Positions 1 through 10,193 are shown, numbered from the stretch's first letter. The stretch is 64,000 nucleotides of DNA from Chthoniobacteraceae bacterium (GCA_031409335.1 JANNWY010000193.1:32001-96000), one strand, 5' to 3'. The notes: generated by a model from the letters alone, not told the origin. A program made the numbers and translations.

Positions 1-741
1 GCTCACCATCTTCACGCCCGCCGGATACGGATACTGCCGGTATTGCGCGACCCACATTCGCCCGCGTTCGTCGAAGCTGATGTGCGTCGGCTGCGCCACG
101 TCCGGTTCGTTCGCGATGAGGTCCACGACGAGATCGGAAGCGGTCGTCATTTTCGCCAGCGACTCCGCGGGTGAAAGTCGCGCGCCTGGCATCTGCTCAG
201 GGTTTGCGGACAGCGGCGTGGTCGAATGACGAAAACCCGCCTCGGTGAAAAACGCGGTCGGGGGCTGCGCGGCGACGGCTTTCAAATTTGCGGGCGCAGG
301 CTCGCCCGCGTTCATTTCCCACGTGCCTTCCAGCAGCAGCTCGTCAAAATATCCGGCAAAGATTGGCGCGGCGTTCACGCGCTTGGCGGGATTTTCCAAA
401 CGCAGGGCGAAGACGTTGAACGCCTTCTTTTCGAGAATGCCTTTCGGGACTTTGAAGCGCCGCCGCGCGTCGTTCGCGAGCGCATCGGCGCCGCCGATTT
501 TTTGTCCGTTCAGCCAAACCGAAAACGGCCCGCTGATTGCGCCAAGACTCAGCGTCATCGAGTCGCGCCAGAGATCTCTTTCCTGCGGCGTCACCATCTC
601 ATCCGGCACGCGCACGAAACACCGCAACCACACGGGACCGCTGGCTGGGAGATCGTTTGCGGTCGGGATGGTGACGGGCTGCCACGCGTGGGCGAGGAAG
701 GGAAGTGCGGCAACCAGCGCGAAGACGGCGGGAAATTTCAT
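1..741 (-). CDS. PVC-type membrane-bound dehydrogenase / heme-binding-family protein, N-terminal part (runs off the window)
   Basis: Not in the ORF track because it is truncated. Manual translation from ATG 741 gives signal peptide MKFPAVFALVAALPFLAHA and later LSPAESLAKM...LIANEPDVAQPTHISFDERGRMWVAQYRQYP, typical of the PVC dehydrogenase beta-propeller N-terminus. Confidence 0.75.
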   Translation of the reverse strand, partial: MKFPAVFALVAALPFLAHAWQPVTIPTANDLPASGPVWLRCFVRVPDEMVTPQERDLWRDSMTLSLGAISGPFSVWLNGQKIGGADALANDARRRFKVPKGILEKKAFNVFALRLENPAKRVNAAPIFAGYFDELLLEGTWEMNAGEPAPANLKAVAAQPPTAFFTEAGFRHSTTPLSANPEQMPGARLSPAESLAKMTTASDLVVDLIANEPDVAQPTHISFDERGRMWVAQYRQYPYPAGVKMVS

Positions 742-790
742 GGGGACTGGGCTGCCAGTGTGAACCCTGTGGCGCGGGGAATCTTGGACC

Positions 791-2473
791 TCAGCCGGGC
801 CGATCGACTGGTGCGGCGAGAACGCTCCGCGCCATCGCGCGCCGGGCTGACCACAGCCGCGCGACGAGCCACATCATCACCAGCGCGCCGACCATCAGCC
901 AAAAATAGAACGCGCGGGGAATCGCGCGGGCGACTTGGGCAGGGATATCGGCGATCGGGAGCAATGTGCCCGCGGCATAGACCGGCAGGCTGATCGGGGA
1001 AATCGCGATGAGCCACGAGGCGAGCGGCCTCAAGCGTTCGGTGATGCCAAACACCACTCCGAGCAAGATCGGCACGACGCCAATCAGGATGACCAAGAGC
1101 CCGACGGTGCGTCCGCCCTTTTGCTCGAGCAGCGCCTGAAAGCCGACGCCGCCCGTCACCATCACCATGATGAAAAAGCCGAGGTCGCGCAGTGGCAGCG
1201 AGTAGCCGGGAAACCAGTGGCTTTCCACCAAAGCGCGGGAAAACATGAACCAGCCTGCCGCTCCGGCGATGGCCATGATCGCGACCCACCAAAAGGCCGT
1301 GGCGGCATCCGCGAGCAGCGGGAGGGCTGACGCTCCTTGTTTGCGCGCGCGACGCCAGCCGCGGATCTGATTTTCCGCCGATGGCGTGATGATGCCCGCC
1401 AGCACAAAGATCAGCGCCATCGTGACGAGACCGTAAACTCCCGAAAGCGCGACGGCTTCCATCGGGTCCGGATCCCAATTCGGCCCGATGCGGATCATGC
1501 GCATGAAGGCGCGCGAGGGAAAAAGGTTGCCGGGTTCGATGAGCGGCAGCGCATTTCCGAGCAGGACGATTTGCACCCAGATGAAAAAGCCGGTGGCCCA
1601 GATTTTTCCCAAAAGATGCGACTCCGCGCGCCGCCATTTCCGGCAGAGCATGATGATGAAAGTGAGGATGAAGCCGCCTTGCGAAAAGGCGGTGAAGACG
1701 GCTTCGGAAAAATCGAGGCCGAAAAATTTCACCGTCGGGAAGAGCCGCTCGGCGAGCCTTGAGAATCTTGCGGCGTCAGACGGAAGAATGCCGGGAAGGC
1801 TTTCCTCAAAAACGGGCGTGATGGTGAGGTACTTGAAAAAGACGAGGCCGAATTTCGCGGTCTGCGGGATGACGGTGTAGAGCGCGAAGACAAGGGCGAT
1901 GGAGACAAGAAAGGCCCAGCGGCGATTGCGCACGACGGTGCCGGTGACGAGGCCGGTGAAGTGGTAGAGCAGCGTGGATGAAATCATGACGCTGTAGAGC
2001 GGCAGCCAGACATGCCAGTTCACCTCGCCGCGCCAGAGCGACCATGCGGTGAATGGCAGCGTTGTGAGAAACAGGACGTATTCGCGGACCGGGAGGCCGA
2101 CTAGGTAGCCGATGACTTTCGACAACGGCGACATCGGGATGAGTCGCTGGTAGTCGATCACACCTTCATCGCGCTCCGCTGTCATGCCGCCCGCGACCTG
2201 CGCCGTGCCAACGACAAATAGGATGAGGCCCTGGAAAACGAGCAGCGGAATTATGCCCAGGCGCGCCCCATCCGCCGGGGTCAGGTGCTGGTTTTCGCCG
2301 ATGGTATGCACGAGCGCGACGATGAAGCCGCAGACAATCACGACGGTCAGCAGCGAAATTCCGAGGCCCTGCAATCGCAGGCGCGACTGGCAGTAGCGGC
2401 GGAAGATCGGATTCACCCAGAAATTCCAGGCGGAATGCCGGACTGGTGCGGCGAGGGATGCGGCTGAGTTCAT
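791..2473 (-). CDS. ABC-2-type transporter permease-like multi-pass membrane protein
   Basis: 560 aa with many TM segments. N-terminal NPIFRR and GGMTAERDEGVIDYQRLIPMSPLSKVIGYL resemble the ABC-2 permease motif. Confidence 0.7.
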   Translation of the reverse strand: MNSAASLAAPVRHSAWNFWVNPIFRRYCQSRLRLQGLGISLLTVVIVCGFIVALVHTIGENQHLTPADGARLGIIPLLVFQGLILFVVGTAQVAGGMTAERDEGVIDYQRLIPMSPLSKVIGYLVGLPVREYVLFLTTLPFTAWSLWRGEVNWHVWLPLYSVMISSTLLYHFTGLVTGTVVRNRRWAFLVSIALVFALYTVIPQTAKFGLVFFKYLTITPVFEESLPGILPSDAARFSRLAERLFPTVKFFGLDFSEAVFTAFSQGGFILTFIIMLCRKWRRAESHLLGKIWATGFFIWVQIVLLGNALPLIEPGNLFPSRAFMRMIRIGPNWDPDPMEAVALSGVYGLVTMALIFVLAGIITPSAENQIRGWRRARKQGASALPLLADAATAFWWVAIMAIAGAAGWFMFSRALVESHWFPGYSLPLRDLGFFIMVMVTGGVGFQALLEQKGGRTVGLLVILIGVVPILLGVVFGITERLRPLASWLIAISPISLPVYAAGTLLPIADIPAQVARAIPRAFYFWLMVGALVMMWLVARLWSARRAMARSVLAAPVDRPG

Positions 2474-2530
2474 GGGCGGCGGTCGTTGTCTGCCACCATC
2501 CGCCGCCGTGCAACGCTCAACGTTCGCTGA

Positions 2531-3139
2531 TCATTTTTCCAGGACTTCGTAATACCGCAATTCGAGACCGGCGATGGTGACGGCTGCTTCGCGCGTCGGC
2601 ATGTCGGGCGGCGTTTCCACCCGCGCCGCGGCGGTCAGCAGGATCTGACCTTTGTGCGCGATGTCTTCGCCAAGTTTCGCGGCGAGATTCACTTCGCTTC
2701 CCTGGACGTGGCCGGGGCCGATGCACAGGATTTCGCCAAAGCCGATGCCGATGGAACAGAATAGTCGCTCGTCTTCCGGCAGCGTTTCATTCGTTGCCAC
2801 CGCGCGGGCGCTGGCCGCGCGACTCGCGGCGATGGCGTCGCCGGGCGTGGCAAAAAGGTAGAGCAAATTGTCCGCGTTCGCCTCGATGAATTCCCCGCCG
2901 TGCTCGCGAAAACACGGATCGCAGATGCGCCGGGTCCGGTGAATCATCAAGAGAAACGCGACGATCCCGAGCCGGTGCGTGGTGCGCGTGAAGCCGCACA
3001 TGTCGAGAACGAGAACCGCTTTTCGGCGCGAGTACCCGGCGTGAATCCGCGCGGTGATTTCGCCGCGGCGGTCGGGAAATTCGATCATCTCATCGAGCAG
3101 CCGCTCGAAGTCGGGAGGAATGTCGGAGCGCGCAGCCAT
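2531..3139 (-). CDS. class III adenylate/guanylate cyclase domain protein
   Basis: Motifs LVLDMCGFT, EANADNL, SIGIGFGEI, GSEVNLAAKLGED. Confidence 0.85.
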   Translation of the reverse strand: MAARSDIPPDFERLLDEMIEFPDRRGEITARIHAGYSRRKAVLVLDMCGFTRTTHRLGIVAFLLMIHRTRRICDPCFREHGGEFIEANADNLLYLFATPGDAIAASRAASARAVATNETLPEDERLFCSIGIGFGEILCIGPGHVQGSEVNLAAKLGEDIAHKGQILLTAAARVETPPDMPTREAAVTIAGLELRYYEVLEK

Positions 3140-3229
3140 TGCTCACTTTTGTAGTGCTTCGCCCCGCACAACGTCGAGCCGCCAGCACTCACTGGACACG
3201 GCGCGACTTCACCGCTTTTCTCTGCGCAC

Positions 3230-3520
3230 ATGGCCGCGCGCAACTATACCAAAATTTTCTCCATCGCTGGCATCGTCCTTGGCGAAATCTACATGCTCTA
3301 CGCCGTGCTCGCGCCGTATCGCAAAGGGCCGCCCATTCCCATCAGCGTCCCGATGCCGCCCGACACGCTGCCGATCGACGCCGTCGTTCCGCTCTGGGCG
3401 CTGGTTTTGAAATTGGGACTTAGTTCGGTCTTCTTCGGCCTCTTTGGCGCGCTGGTGGGTTTGGGAATCGGCCTGCTCGTCACCGGCCTGATGCAGAAAC
3501 GCCAGCCGCCAGCGAACTGA
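3230..3520 (+). CDS. small hypothetical membrane protein
   Basis: 96 aa, two hydrophobic segments, host-like codon usage, fills the intergenic gap. Confidence 0.6.
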   Translation: MAARNYTKIFSIAGIVLGEIYMLYAVLAPYRKGPPIPISVPMPPDTLPIDAVVPLWALVLKLGLSSVFFGLFGALVGLGIGLLVTGLMQKRQPPAN

Positions 3521-4214
3521 CCGCGGCTTCGAGTCGCGCCGTGATTTCCATCCAGCCGCGGCGATCATCGGAATGGTCGGTGAACGTGAGCGGCTCGCCG
3601 ATGTGCAGCGTCAGTCGCACGGGCTTCGGCGCGCGGCTGCCCGGCGGCAGCGCGCGGAAGGCGCCATCGAGATAACACGGCACCACCGGCACGCCGGTCC
3701 CGGCGACCATGCGACCGAGCCCTGGCTTGAACGCGCCCATCTTTCCATCGCGCGTCCGGGTTCCCTCGGGAAAGAGAATGTAGATCGCCGGCTCGCCGAC
3801 GAGTCGTTCGCGCAATTCATCGAGCGCGTGGGTGCCGCAGCGTTTGCGCCACATCGGCAGCGCATTCAGCGCGAGCGCGGAGAAGAAGGAGGACGCGGTG
3901 GTTTGAAAAAACACGTCGCCCGCCGCGATCGGGAATGCGCGCTGGCGCAAATGCCACGGCAGCGCGGCTGCGAGCGTGAGCGCGTCGAGATGGCTGGAGT
4001 GATTCGCGATCACTACGAAAGGCGCGGTGCGCGGCATCCGCTGGCCGCCGATGACGGTGAGCCGGTGATAGATTTTCAGATAACTCCGCGCCGCAAAACG
4101 CCACGCCGCCTGCGCGAGAAAGGCGAGCAATCCGATCTCGCGCTGGAGACTTTTCAGGCGCTCATCGGGCGGGAGATGGCGGTCGCGCGCGGGCTGGTAA
4201 TTCCAATCGTCCAT
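3480..4214 (-). CDS. lysophospholipid acyltransferase (PlsC family)
   Basis: NHSSHLD (HxxxxD) and FPEGTRT motifs. Confidence 0.9.
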   Translation of the reverse strand: MDDWNYQPARDRHLPPDERLKSLQREIGLLAFLAQAAWRFAARSYLKIYHRLTVIGGQRMPRTAPFVVIANHSSHLDALTLAAALPWHLRQRAFPIAAGDVFFQTTASSFFSALALNALPMWRKRCGTHALDELRERLVGEPAIYILFPEGTRTRDGKMGAFKPGLGRMVAGTGVPVVPCYLDGAFRALPPGSRAPKPVRLTLHIGEPLTFTDHSDDRRGWMEITARLEAAVSSLAAGVSASGR

Positions 4215-4223
4215 TACCGATCC

Positions 4224-4311
4224 CTCCTGCTCCTGCTCCTGCTCCTGCTCTTGATCTTCTGTAGGTGGCGATCGGAGGGATTAAGATCAAGAGCAAGATC
4301 AAGAGCAGGAT
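4224..4311. repeat. hexamer-tandem palindromic intergenic repeat (copy 1)
   Basis: (CTCCTG)4-CTCTTG-ATCTT ... AAGAT-CAAGAG-CAAGAT-CAAGAG-CAGGAT; the two arms are complementary. Confidence 0.85.
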
Positions 4312-4329
4312 TGCGGATTGTGGAGCGAA

Positions 4330-5262
4330 TCATATTCCGCCGAAGAAACGGATGTAGTGAAACATCGCTGGACCGACAAAAAGCAAACTGTCGAAACGAT
4401 CCAGCAATCCACCGTGGCCGGGGATCGTCGTGGCCATGTCCTTGATGCCGAGATCGCGCTTGATGCTCGACATCACGAGATCGCCGCACTGCCCGGTGAG
4501 CGAGAGCAGCGCGCCGAGGGTGATGAGGTGAATCGGCTGATCGAGCGCGGTGCCCGCGAAGATGAAATGCGCGAGCGTGGCGAACAGCGCAGTCGTCAAC
4601 ACCAGCGCGCCGAGCGCACCGCCGATGGTTTTTTTCGGACTGGTCTGCGGCGCGAGTTTTCGCCGGCCAAACGCCTTGCCGGTGCAGTAGGCGAAGATGT
4701 CGTTCAGCTCCACGCAGAGCAGAATGGCGAGCTGGATGGCTGCGCCGGATTTGGCATTCGCGAGATAGGAAAAATGGCCGAGGCAAACGCCGAACAGCAG
4801 GAAGCAGAAAATGCCAAGCGCGACGCGTTGAATGTAGCCTTTCGGACTGTCCGCAAACAGCGCGCCGATCACGATCGCGCACACGCACAGCGACGTGAGG
4901 GCGTGAAAGACTCCGTACCATTGCGCCGCGATCGCGAACGTGATGAGCAACCCGCCGAGCGACACGATGCCGCTCACCGCGCGGTGCCGGAACAGGCCGA
5001 TCACGCGCGCAAATTCCCGATAACAAACTGCCGTGAGCACGAGCACGCCAAGGATCGCGGGAAGCCGCCCTGCGAGCAGCGGCACGACCATCAGCGGCGC
5101 GAGCACGAGCCACGATCGGTAGCGCGTCCACAGGTCGCCGCGCAGTTCGGGTGAAAGTTTTCCCGCAGTTTGCAGCGCGAGAAAAATCAGCGGCGTGAGC
5201 GCGAGCGCGGCGGCGATCCCAGCGGCGATCCAGAACGCGACGGGATGGATTCCGAGAATCAT
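4330..5262 (-). CDS. phosphatidate cytidylyltransferase (CdsA/YnbB family)
   Basis: SPKKTIGG and GDLVMSSIKRDLGIKDMATTIPGHGGLLDRFDSL signatures. Confidence 0.92.
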   Translation of the reverse strand: MILGIHPVAFWIAAGIAAALALTPLIFLALQTAGKLSPELRGDLWTRYRSWLVLAPLMVVPLLAGRLPAILGVLVLTAVCYREFARVIGLFRHRAVSGIVSLGGLLITFAIAAQWYGVFHALTSLCVCAIVIGALFADSPKGYIQRVALGIFCFLLFGVCLGHFSYLANAKSGAAIQLAILLCVELNDIFAYCTGKAFGRRKLAPQTSPKKTIGGALGALVLTTALFATLAHFIFAGTALDQPIHLITLGALLSLTGQCGDLVMSSIKRDLGIKDMATTIPGHGGLLDRFDSLLFVGPAMFHYIRFFGGI

Positions 5263-5299
5263 TTCACTCCTCTTCCGCGTGGATCATCCACCCCGCGCT

Positions 5300-5854
5300 T
5301 CAGAAACGAATCTCCCGCGGAAAATCCGGGCACAGCTTCGACGATTTTTGCCCGCGCGAATTTGCGCCGGTATAAAAAATCATCCGGCCATCGCGGTCGC
5401 ACAGCCAGACTTCGCGGGCGCCCGCGGCAAAATACAGCGCGCGTTTTTCCGCCATCTCGATCGTTGTGTTATCCGGTGAAAGCACTTCGACGCAAATTTC
5501 CGGGGCGGCGGTCAACAGGCTTTGGCGATGCGTCGTGGTAAACCGCGCACGGGAAGCCCACGCCACGTCCGCACCTTTCACACCGTCCGCAGTTGAGACG
5601 GGGCACTCGGTTATCACTCGTCCTTCCGGCAGCAGGGTGCGGAGAAGGTATGCGATCTCTGATTGAAAGTTGCCGTGGGAAGGACCGGGAGGTGGGAGCA
5701 TAACGATGTGGCCGTGACGATCGGTTTCAATGCGACCGCGCACCTTCGCCAGATCGCTGAGAATGTGGGGATCGGTGCGCAGGCGCGACCAGCAACGCAT
5801 GTTGAACGCCGTTTGCTTGGCCTGCGCCGGGAGATCGATGGTCAGTGTCGGCAT
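5300..5854 (-). CDS. Uma2 family (DUF820) putative endonuclease
   Basis: ADVAW, APEICVEVLSPDNT, EKRALYFAAGAREVW. Confidence 0.9.
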   Translation of the reverse strand: MPTLTIDLPAQAKQTAFNMRCWSRLRTDPHILSDLAKVRGRIETDRHGHIVMLPPPGPSHGNFQSEIAYLLRTLLPEGRVITECPVSTADGVKGADVAWASRARFTTTHRQSLLTAAPEICVEVLSPDNTTIEMAEKRALYFAAGAREVWLCDRDGRMIFYTGANSRGQKSSKLCPDFPREIRF

Positions 5855-5908
5855 GGGAAACGGATACGCTGTTTCGACTTTCTTGCCAACAGCGCAGCGA
5901 GCCGCAAA

Positions 5909-6583
5909 TCAGCGCGCCGTTTTCCCTCGCAAAAACGCCGCGATCCGCGCCATGCGCCGCCATGCGGTGATGACGCAGCCAACGGTCACAAACCACAGCG
6001 CGATTTCCATCAAAGGCAGCGGCTCCACTCCCGCGCGCGAACGCATCTCCGGCACTGCTGCCAGCACCAGTGCGGCCAGCGTCATCACAAACATCCGATG
6101 CGGCTTCGCCTGCGGACCGATGAAAATCTGCCCCGCGCCCACGCTCGCCCCCAGCGCCCGCACATACGCGACAAACACCGCCGCGAGCGCCGCCCCGAAT
6201 CCCAGCATCGCATCGCTCCCCGCCGCGAACCCTGCGCCAATAAAGATCGCCGCATCCGCCACACGATCCGGCGCTTCATTCCAAAGCTCGCCGGTCGGTC
6301 CACCCTTGCTGCCTTCCACCGCCACCATGCCGTCGAGCATGTTTGCCAGCAGTCGCATTTGGATGAAAAACGCCGCGCCCAGCCAGTGCAGCCGCAGCGG
6401 CCAATCTGCCCAATCCTTCGTCCCGGAAAACGACAGCGCGGCGAGAATCGCAAACACGATGCTCAGAAACGAAATCGCATTTGGCGAAATGCCGGCACGC
6501 ACGCACCACGCAGCGAGTGCGCGGAAAAGTGGCACGTCGCGGCTTTTGAGCGGACGACGACTGGCGGGATTCGCGTCACTCAT
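5909..6583 (-). CDS. CDP-alcohol phosphatidyltransferase (YnbA-like)
   Basis: ISPNAIS and NMLDGMVA...G..WNEAPDRVAD motifs. Confidence 0.9.
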   Translation of the reverse strand: MSDANPASRRPLKSRDVPLFRALAAWCVRAGISPNAISFLSIVFAILAALSFSGTKDWADWPLRLHWLGAAFFIQMRLLANMLDGMVAVEGSKGGPTGELWNEAPDRVADAAIFIGAGFAAGSDAMLGFGAALAAVFVAYVRALGASVGAGQIFIGPQAKPHRMFVMTLAALVLAAVPEMRSRAGVEPLPLMEIALWFVTVGCVITAWRRMARIAAFLRGKTAR

Positions 6584-6593
6584 CGCGTGATCG

Positions 6594-6989
6594 CTACCCT
6601 TTCAGCGAACGCCACGGCTCCTCCGTCGAGTGATCCACGCTGAATGGCCCCGTGATTTTCGACGGCGTCAGGATCGCGAGAAATTTGCACTGCGCGTGGC
6701 TCTCGTTGTAGCAGCCATGCACGACGCCGCGCGGGATGAGCAGACTGTCACCCGGTTTCATGATCCGCTTTTCCTGCTCGATCCACTGCTCCATTTCGCC
6801 TTCGAGAATGTAGATGATTTCATCCATCTCCGGGTGCGTATGAAACGGATGCCCCGCCCCGTGCTCAATGTGCGCGCGGACAAACACGAGCGAGTCGGCG
6901 TCACTCAGACCATCCTTGAAATACCAGTGATTGATCTGACCGGGAAGTTCCTGGTTTTCGGTTTCATCGGCGGACACAAAGCGGCGCAT
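6594..6989 (-). CDS. cupin domain protein
   Basis: HPFHTHPEMDEIIYILEG and PGDSLLIPRGVVHG cupin motifs. Confidence 0.9.
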   Translation of the reverse strand: MRRFVSADETENQELPGQINHWYFKDGLSDADSLVFVRAHIEHGAGHPFHTHPEMDEIIYILEGEMEQWIEQEKRIMKPGDSLLIPRGVVHGCYNESHAQCKFLAILTPSKITGPFSVDHSTEEPWRSLKG

Positions 6990-6992
6990 GGA

Positions 6993-7078
6993 ATTTAGGA
7001 TTTAGGATTTAGGAATTAGGATTTATCCCTCCTTCGTGTGCCAGCACCCGCGCCCCACGCAAATCCTAAATCCTAATT
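6993..7078. repeat. heptamer-tandem inverted repeat
   Basis: (ATTTAGG)3-AATTAGG-ATTT ... AAAT-CCTAAAT-CCTAATT, between divergent genes. Confidence 0.85.
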
Positions 7079-7090
7079 CTTCATTCCCAA

Positions 7091-8305
7091 ATGCCCACCA
7101 TCGCCCTGCTCGGAACCATGGACACCAAAGGCCACGAACACGCCTTCGTCGCCGCACAAATCCGCGAGCGTGGCCACCGCACGCTCATCGTCGATCTCGG
7201 CACCGACGGACCGCCGCAAATCGCGCCCGATGTTTCACGCGAGGAAGTCGCCGCGCTCGCGGGCATCGATCTCACCGCGATCCGCGCGCGTCATGATCGC
7301 GGGGAAGCCGTCGCCGCGATGTCGCGGGCCGCGCCGCTGATTTTGGAGAAACTGCGGAGCGAAGGAAAAATCGACGGCGTCATCTCGCTCGGCGGCGGCG
7401 GCGGCACCGCTATCGCGACTGCCGGGATGCGCGCGCTGCCGCTCGGTTTTCCAAAGCTCATGGTGTCCACGCTGGCGAGCGGCAACACCGCGCAATACGT
7501 CGGCGTGAAAGACATCGTGATGATGCCCAGCATCGTCGATGTCGCCGGGCTCAATCGCATCTCGCGGCAAATCCTCACGCGCGCAGCGGGCGCAATCTGC
7601 GGCATGGTCGAGTCGCGTCCGCCCGCCGCGGGCGACAAGCCGATCATCGTCGCGTCCATGTTTGGAAACACGACTGACTGCGTGCAGCACGCGAAGGCGA
7701 TCCTCGAAAACGCGGGCTACGAAGTCCTTGTTTTCCACGCGACTGGCACTGGCGGAAAAACGATGGAATCACTCATCGAAAGCGGCCTCGTGTCCGGCGT
7801 GCTCGACATCACGACGACGGAATGGGCCGACGAACTTTGCGGCGGATTTCTCGGCGCGGGACCGACTCGTCTCGAAGCCGCCGCACGCCACGGCATCCCC
7901 GCCATCGTCGCGCCCGGCTGCCTCGACATGGTGAATTTTCACGCGCCCGAAAGTGTTCCCGCCAAATTCGTCGGACGCACTTTTTACAACCACAATCCGC
8001 AGGTGACCCTGATGCGCACGAACGCTGAAGAGTGCGCGCAACTCGGCAAAATCCTCGCCGAAAAAGTGAACCTCTCCACCGGCCCCGTCACCGTCCTTCT
8101 TCCCAAAAAAGCGATCAGCGCAATCAGCGCGCCGGGGCAGCCATTCTACGACGGTGAGGCTGACGAAGCCCTCTTCGACACGCTCAAATCGCACCTGAGA
8201 AAAGACATCCCCATCATCGAAATGGACGCCGCCATCAACGACCCCGCCTTCGCCGAAGCCTGCGCCCGCACGCTGCTCAATTCCATCCCGACCACCGCCG
8301 CATAA
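7091..8305 (+). CDS. Tm-1-like ATP-binding protein (UPF0261)
   Basis: GTMDTKGHE, GGGGGT, ALPLGFPKLMVST, SMFGNTT, VFHATGTGG. Confidence 0.92.
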   Translation: MPTIALLGTMDTKGHEHAFVAAQIRERGHRTLIVDLGTDGPPQIAPDVSREEVAALAGIDLTAIRARHDRGEAVAAMSRAAPLILEKLRSEGKIDGVISLGGGGGTAIATAGMRALPLGFPKLMVSTLASGNTAQYVGVKDIVMMPSIVDVAGLNRISRQILTRAAGAICGMVESRPPAAGDKPIIVASMFGNTTDCVQHAKAILENAGYEVLVFHATGTGGKTMESLIESGLVSGVLDITTTEWADELCGGFLGAGPTRLEAAARHGIPAIVAPGCLDMVNFHAPESVPAKFVGRTFYNHNPQVTLMRTNAEECAQLGKILAEKVNLSTGPVTVLLPKKAISAISAPGQPFYDGEADEALFDTLKSHLRKDIPIIEMDAAINDPAFAEACARTLLNSIPTTAA

Positions 8306-8309
8306 ACTC

Positions 8310-9359
8310 ATGCCGCAATTTCTTTTCAGCGCCCTTTTCTCCATGTGCCTGCTCCCTCTCGCCGCCCGCGCGATCACACTCGATGAGGCACTGGATGGCA
8401 TCGCGCCCGACGTGAAAAAATGGGCGTCGGTCTGCATCATCACCGACCGCGCGGATGGCACGCCGCAATTCGCCTGGCACGAATACCGTGGCAGCGGCGG
8501 GGCGCGCGATTTCTGGCCGGCGAGCGCGATCAAACTCTACACCGCCGTGGCCGCGCTGGTGCTGCTGGCGGAGCGTGATTTTCCGCTCGATACCACGCTG
8601 ACCTTCGAGCATCGCGAAGGCGCGGGCGTGTGGACGGTCGATTGCGCGCGCACGATGCGCGAGATGCTCGGCGAAGTCTTCCGCCGCTCGTCCAATGAAG
8701 ACTACACGCTGCTGTTGCGGCTCGTCGGGATCGACCGCATGAACACGCGGTTTCTCATCCCGGAAAAAGGCTTCCCGAATTCCGCGCTCATGCGCGGCTA
8801 CGTGCTCGGGCGACCCTACGGCTACACGCGCGAGGAGCCGCAACGCATCACGCTGCGCGTGGCGGATCGCAGCGCGACGGTCGAGCACACTTGGAGCGGG
8901 CGCTTTCACGCCGAGGAACGCGGCGCGACGGTGATCGACGCGCGCACCGGCAACGTCACCAGCCCGCGTGAACTCGCCGAATGCCTGCGCCGCGTGCTCT
9001 TTCACGAACGCCTGCCAGAGTCCGAGCGATACGCGCTGACGGCGGAGCAGCTCGACTTCCTCCGCCACGGCGGCGCCGGACAGCGCGGGCTGGAAAACAA
9101 AGACGCCGACTCCGATCCGCTCGCGTGGAAAGGCGCGCTCGACGCGGTCTTTCCAAAGGCGCGCTTCTTCCACAAATGCGGCTGGATCAGCAGCCACGCG
9201 CTCGAGGTCGCCTATCTGGACGATACCGCGCAGAGCGGGCGGCGTTTCATCCTCGTCCCAGCCATCGCCGCTGGAGACGACACCCGTCCCGAGCGCGGCC
9301 AGGTGCTCATCGGAAAAATGGCGCGCGCCATCGGCGAGTGGGTGCGCACGCTGCCGTGA
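8310..9359 (+). CDS. secreted serine hydrolase, class A beta-lactamase-like fold
   Basis: Signal peptide; FWPASAIK (SxxK), SSN, HKCG (KTG-like). Confidence 0.7.
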   Translation: MPQFLFSALFSMCLLPLAARAITLDEALDGIAPDVKKWASVCIITDRADGTPQFAWHEYRGSGGARDFWPASAIKLYTAVAALVLLAERDFPLDTTLTFEHREGAGVWTVDCARTMREMLGEVFRRSSNEDYTLLLRLVGIDRMNTRFLIPEKGFPNSALMRGYVLGRPYGYTREEPQRITLRVADRSATVEHTWSGRFHAEERGATVIDARTGNVTSPRELAECLRRVLFHERLPESERYALTAEQLDFLRHGGAGQRGLENKDADSDPLAWKGALDAVFPKARFFHKCGWISSHALEVAYLDDTAQSGRRFILVPAIAAGDDTRPERGQVLIGKMARAIGEWVRTLP

Positions 9360-9411
9360 AGCTGCCGCATTTGAGCTTCCAACGCAGACCGATTTCGACG
9401 ATTTTTAACTA

Positions 9412-10185
9412 ATGCACCCTCGCATCCCTCGCCCGCTCCTCATCCCGCTCCTTGTTCTGGCAACAATCACTGGAGGATGCGAGCGAGGTCCCGATGCCAC
9501 GCTCACTGCCGAAATCCAGCGGCTGAATTCCGAACTCGAGGAAACGCGTGTCAGGCTCGAATCCGCGGAAAAGGTGAATAGCGCGAAACGAGCGCAGCCC
9601 GTCGCTACCACCCCACAGGAAACCGGGGCCAGCAAACCACCGGGACCGACCGCCGACAGCATTCAAAAGGACGATCAGATCACGGCACTGCAGGTGGAAC
9701 TCGCGGAGATAAAGAAACGCGATGCGTTCGCCTTTGCGGAGGCCAGCGCCACGCTGCGCTCGGGCACTGCCGGTGCCGCACTGGATCGTTATGAGAAATT
9801 TCTGAAGGATTTTCCGAACAGCCCAATGGCCGCGGATGCCGATCGCGCGATCACCGAACTCACCGCCGCTGCCCAGCGCGAAGCCCGCTCGCGCGCGACG
9901 CTCGTCGATCCGCGCCGGGCGCTTCGCGAGGCACTGGAGCATTTCAATGATGGCACCGTCACCGTGCAGGAAATCGCGCCATTGCTGAAAAACCGCAGTG
10001 CTGCGGATGTCGTGAAGCTGCTCGGCCCACCGAACCAAACCTACCGCGACGGCAAGGAAATCGGCTACACGGACAAAGTGATCGACACCAGCACGGGCAA
10101 CAAGGGAACGCTCGTCGTCGGATTCGACGCGGACGCCGTTGCCACCCTGCGCGTGGGCTATCTTGGGAAACCGATCAAGCCCTGA
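9412..10185 (+). CDS. hypothetical lipoprotein with coiled coil and TPR/BamD-like segment
   Basis: Lipobox-like ITGGC; YEKFLKDFPNSPMA. Confidence 0.65.
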   Translation: MHPRIPRPLLIPLLVLATITGGCERGPDATLTAEIQRLNSELEETRVRLESAEKVNSAKRAQPVATTPQETGASKPPGPTADSIQKDDQITALQVELAEIKKRDAFAFAEASATLRSGTAGAALDRYEKFLKDFPNSPMAADADRAITELTAAAQREARSRATLVDPRRALREALEHFNDGTVTVQEIAPLLKNRSAADVVKLLGPPNQTYRDGKEIGYTDKVIDTSTGNKGTLVVGFDADAVATLRVGYLGKPIKP

Positions 10186-10193
10186 GCCTTGCG

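Noticed and set aside
8310..9359. Bona fide beta-lactamase resistance gene
   Set aside because: Only fold-level motifs with atypical SSN and KCG; activity cannot be inferred.
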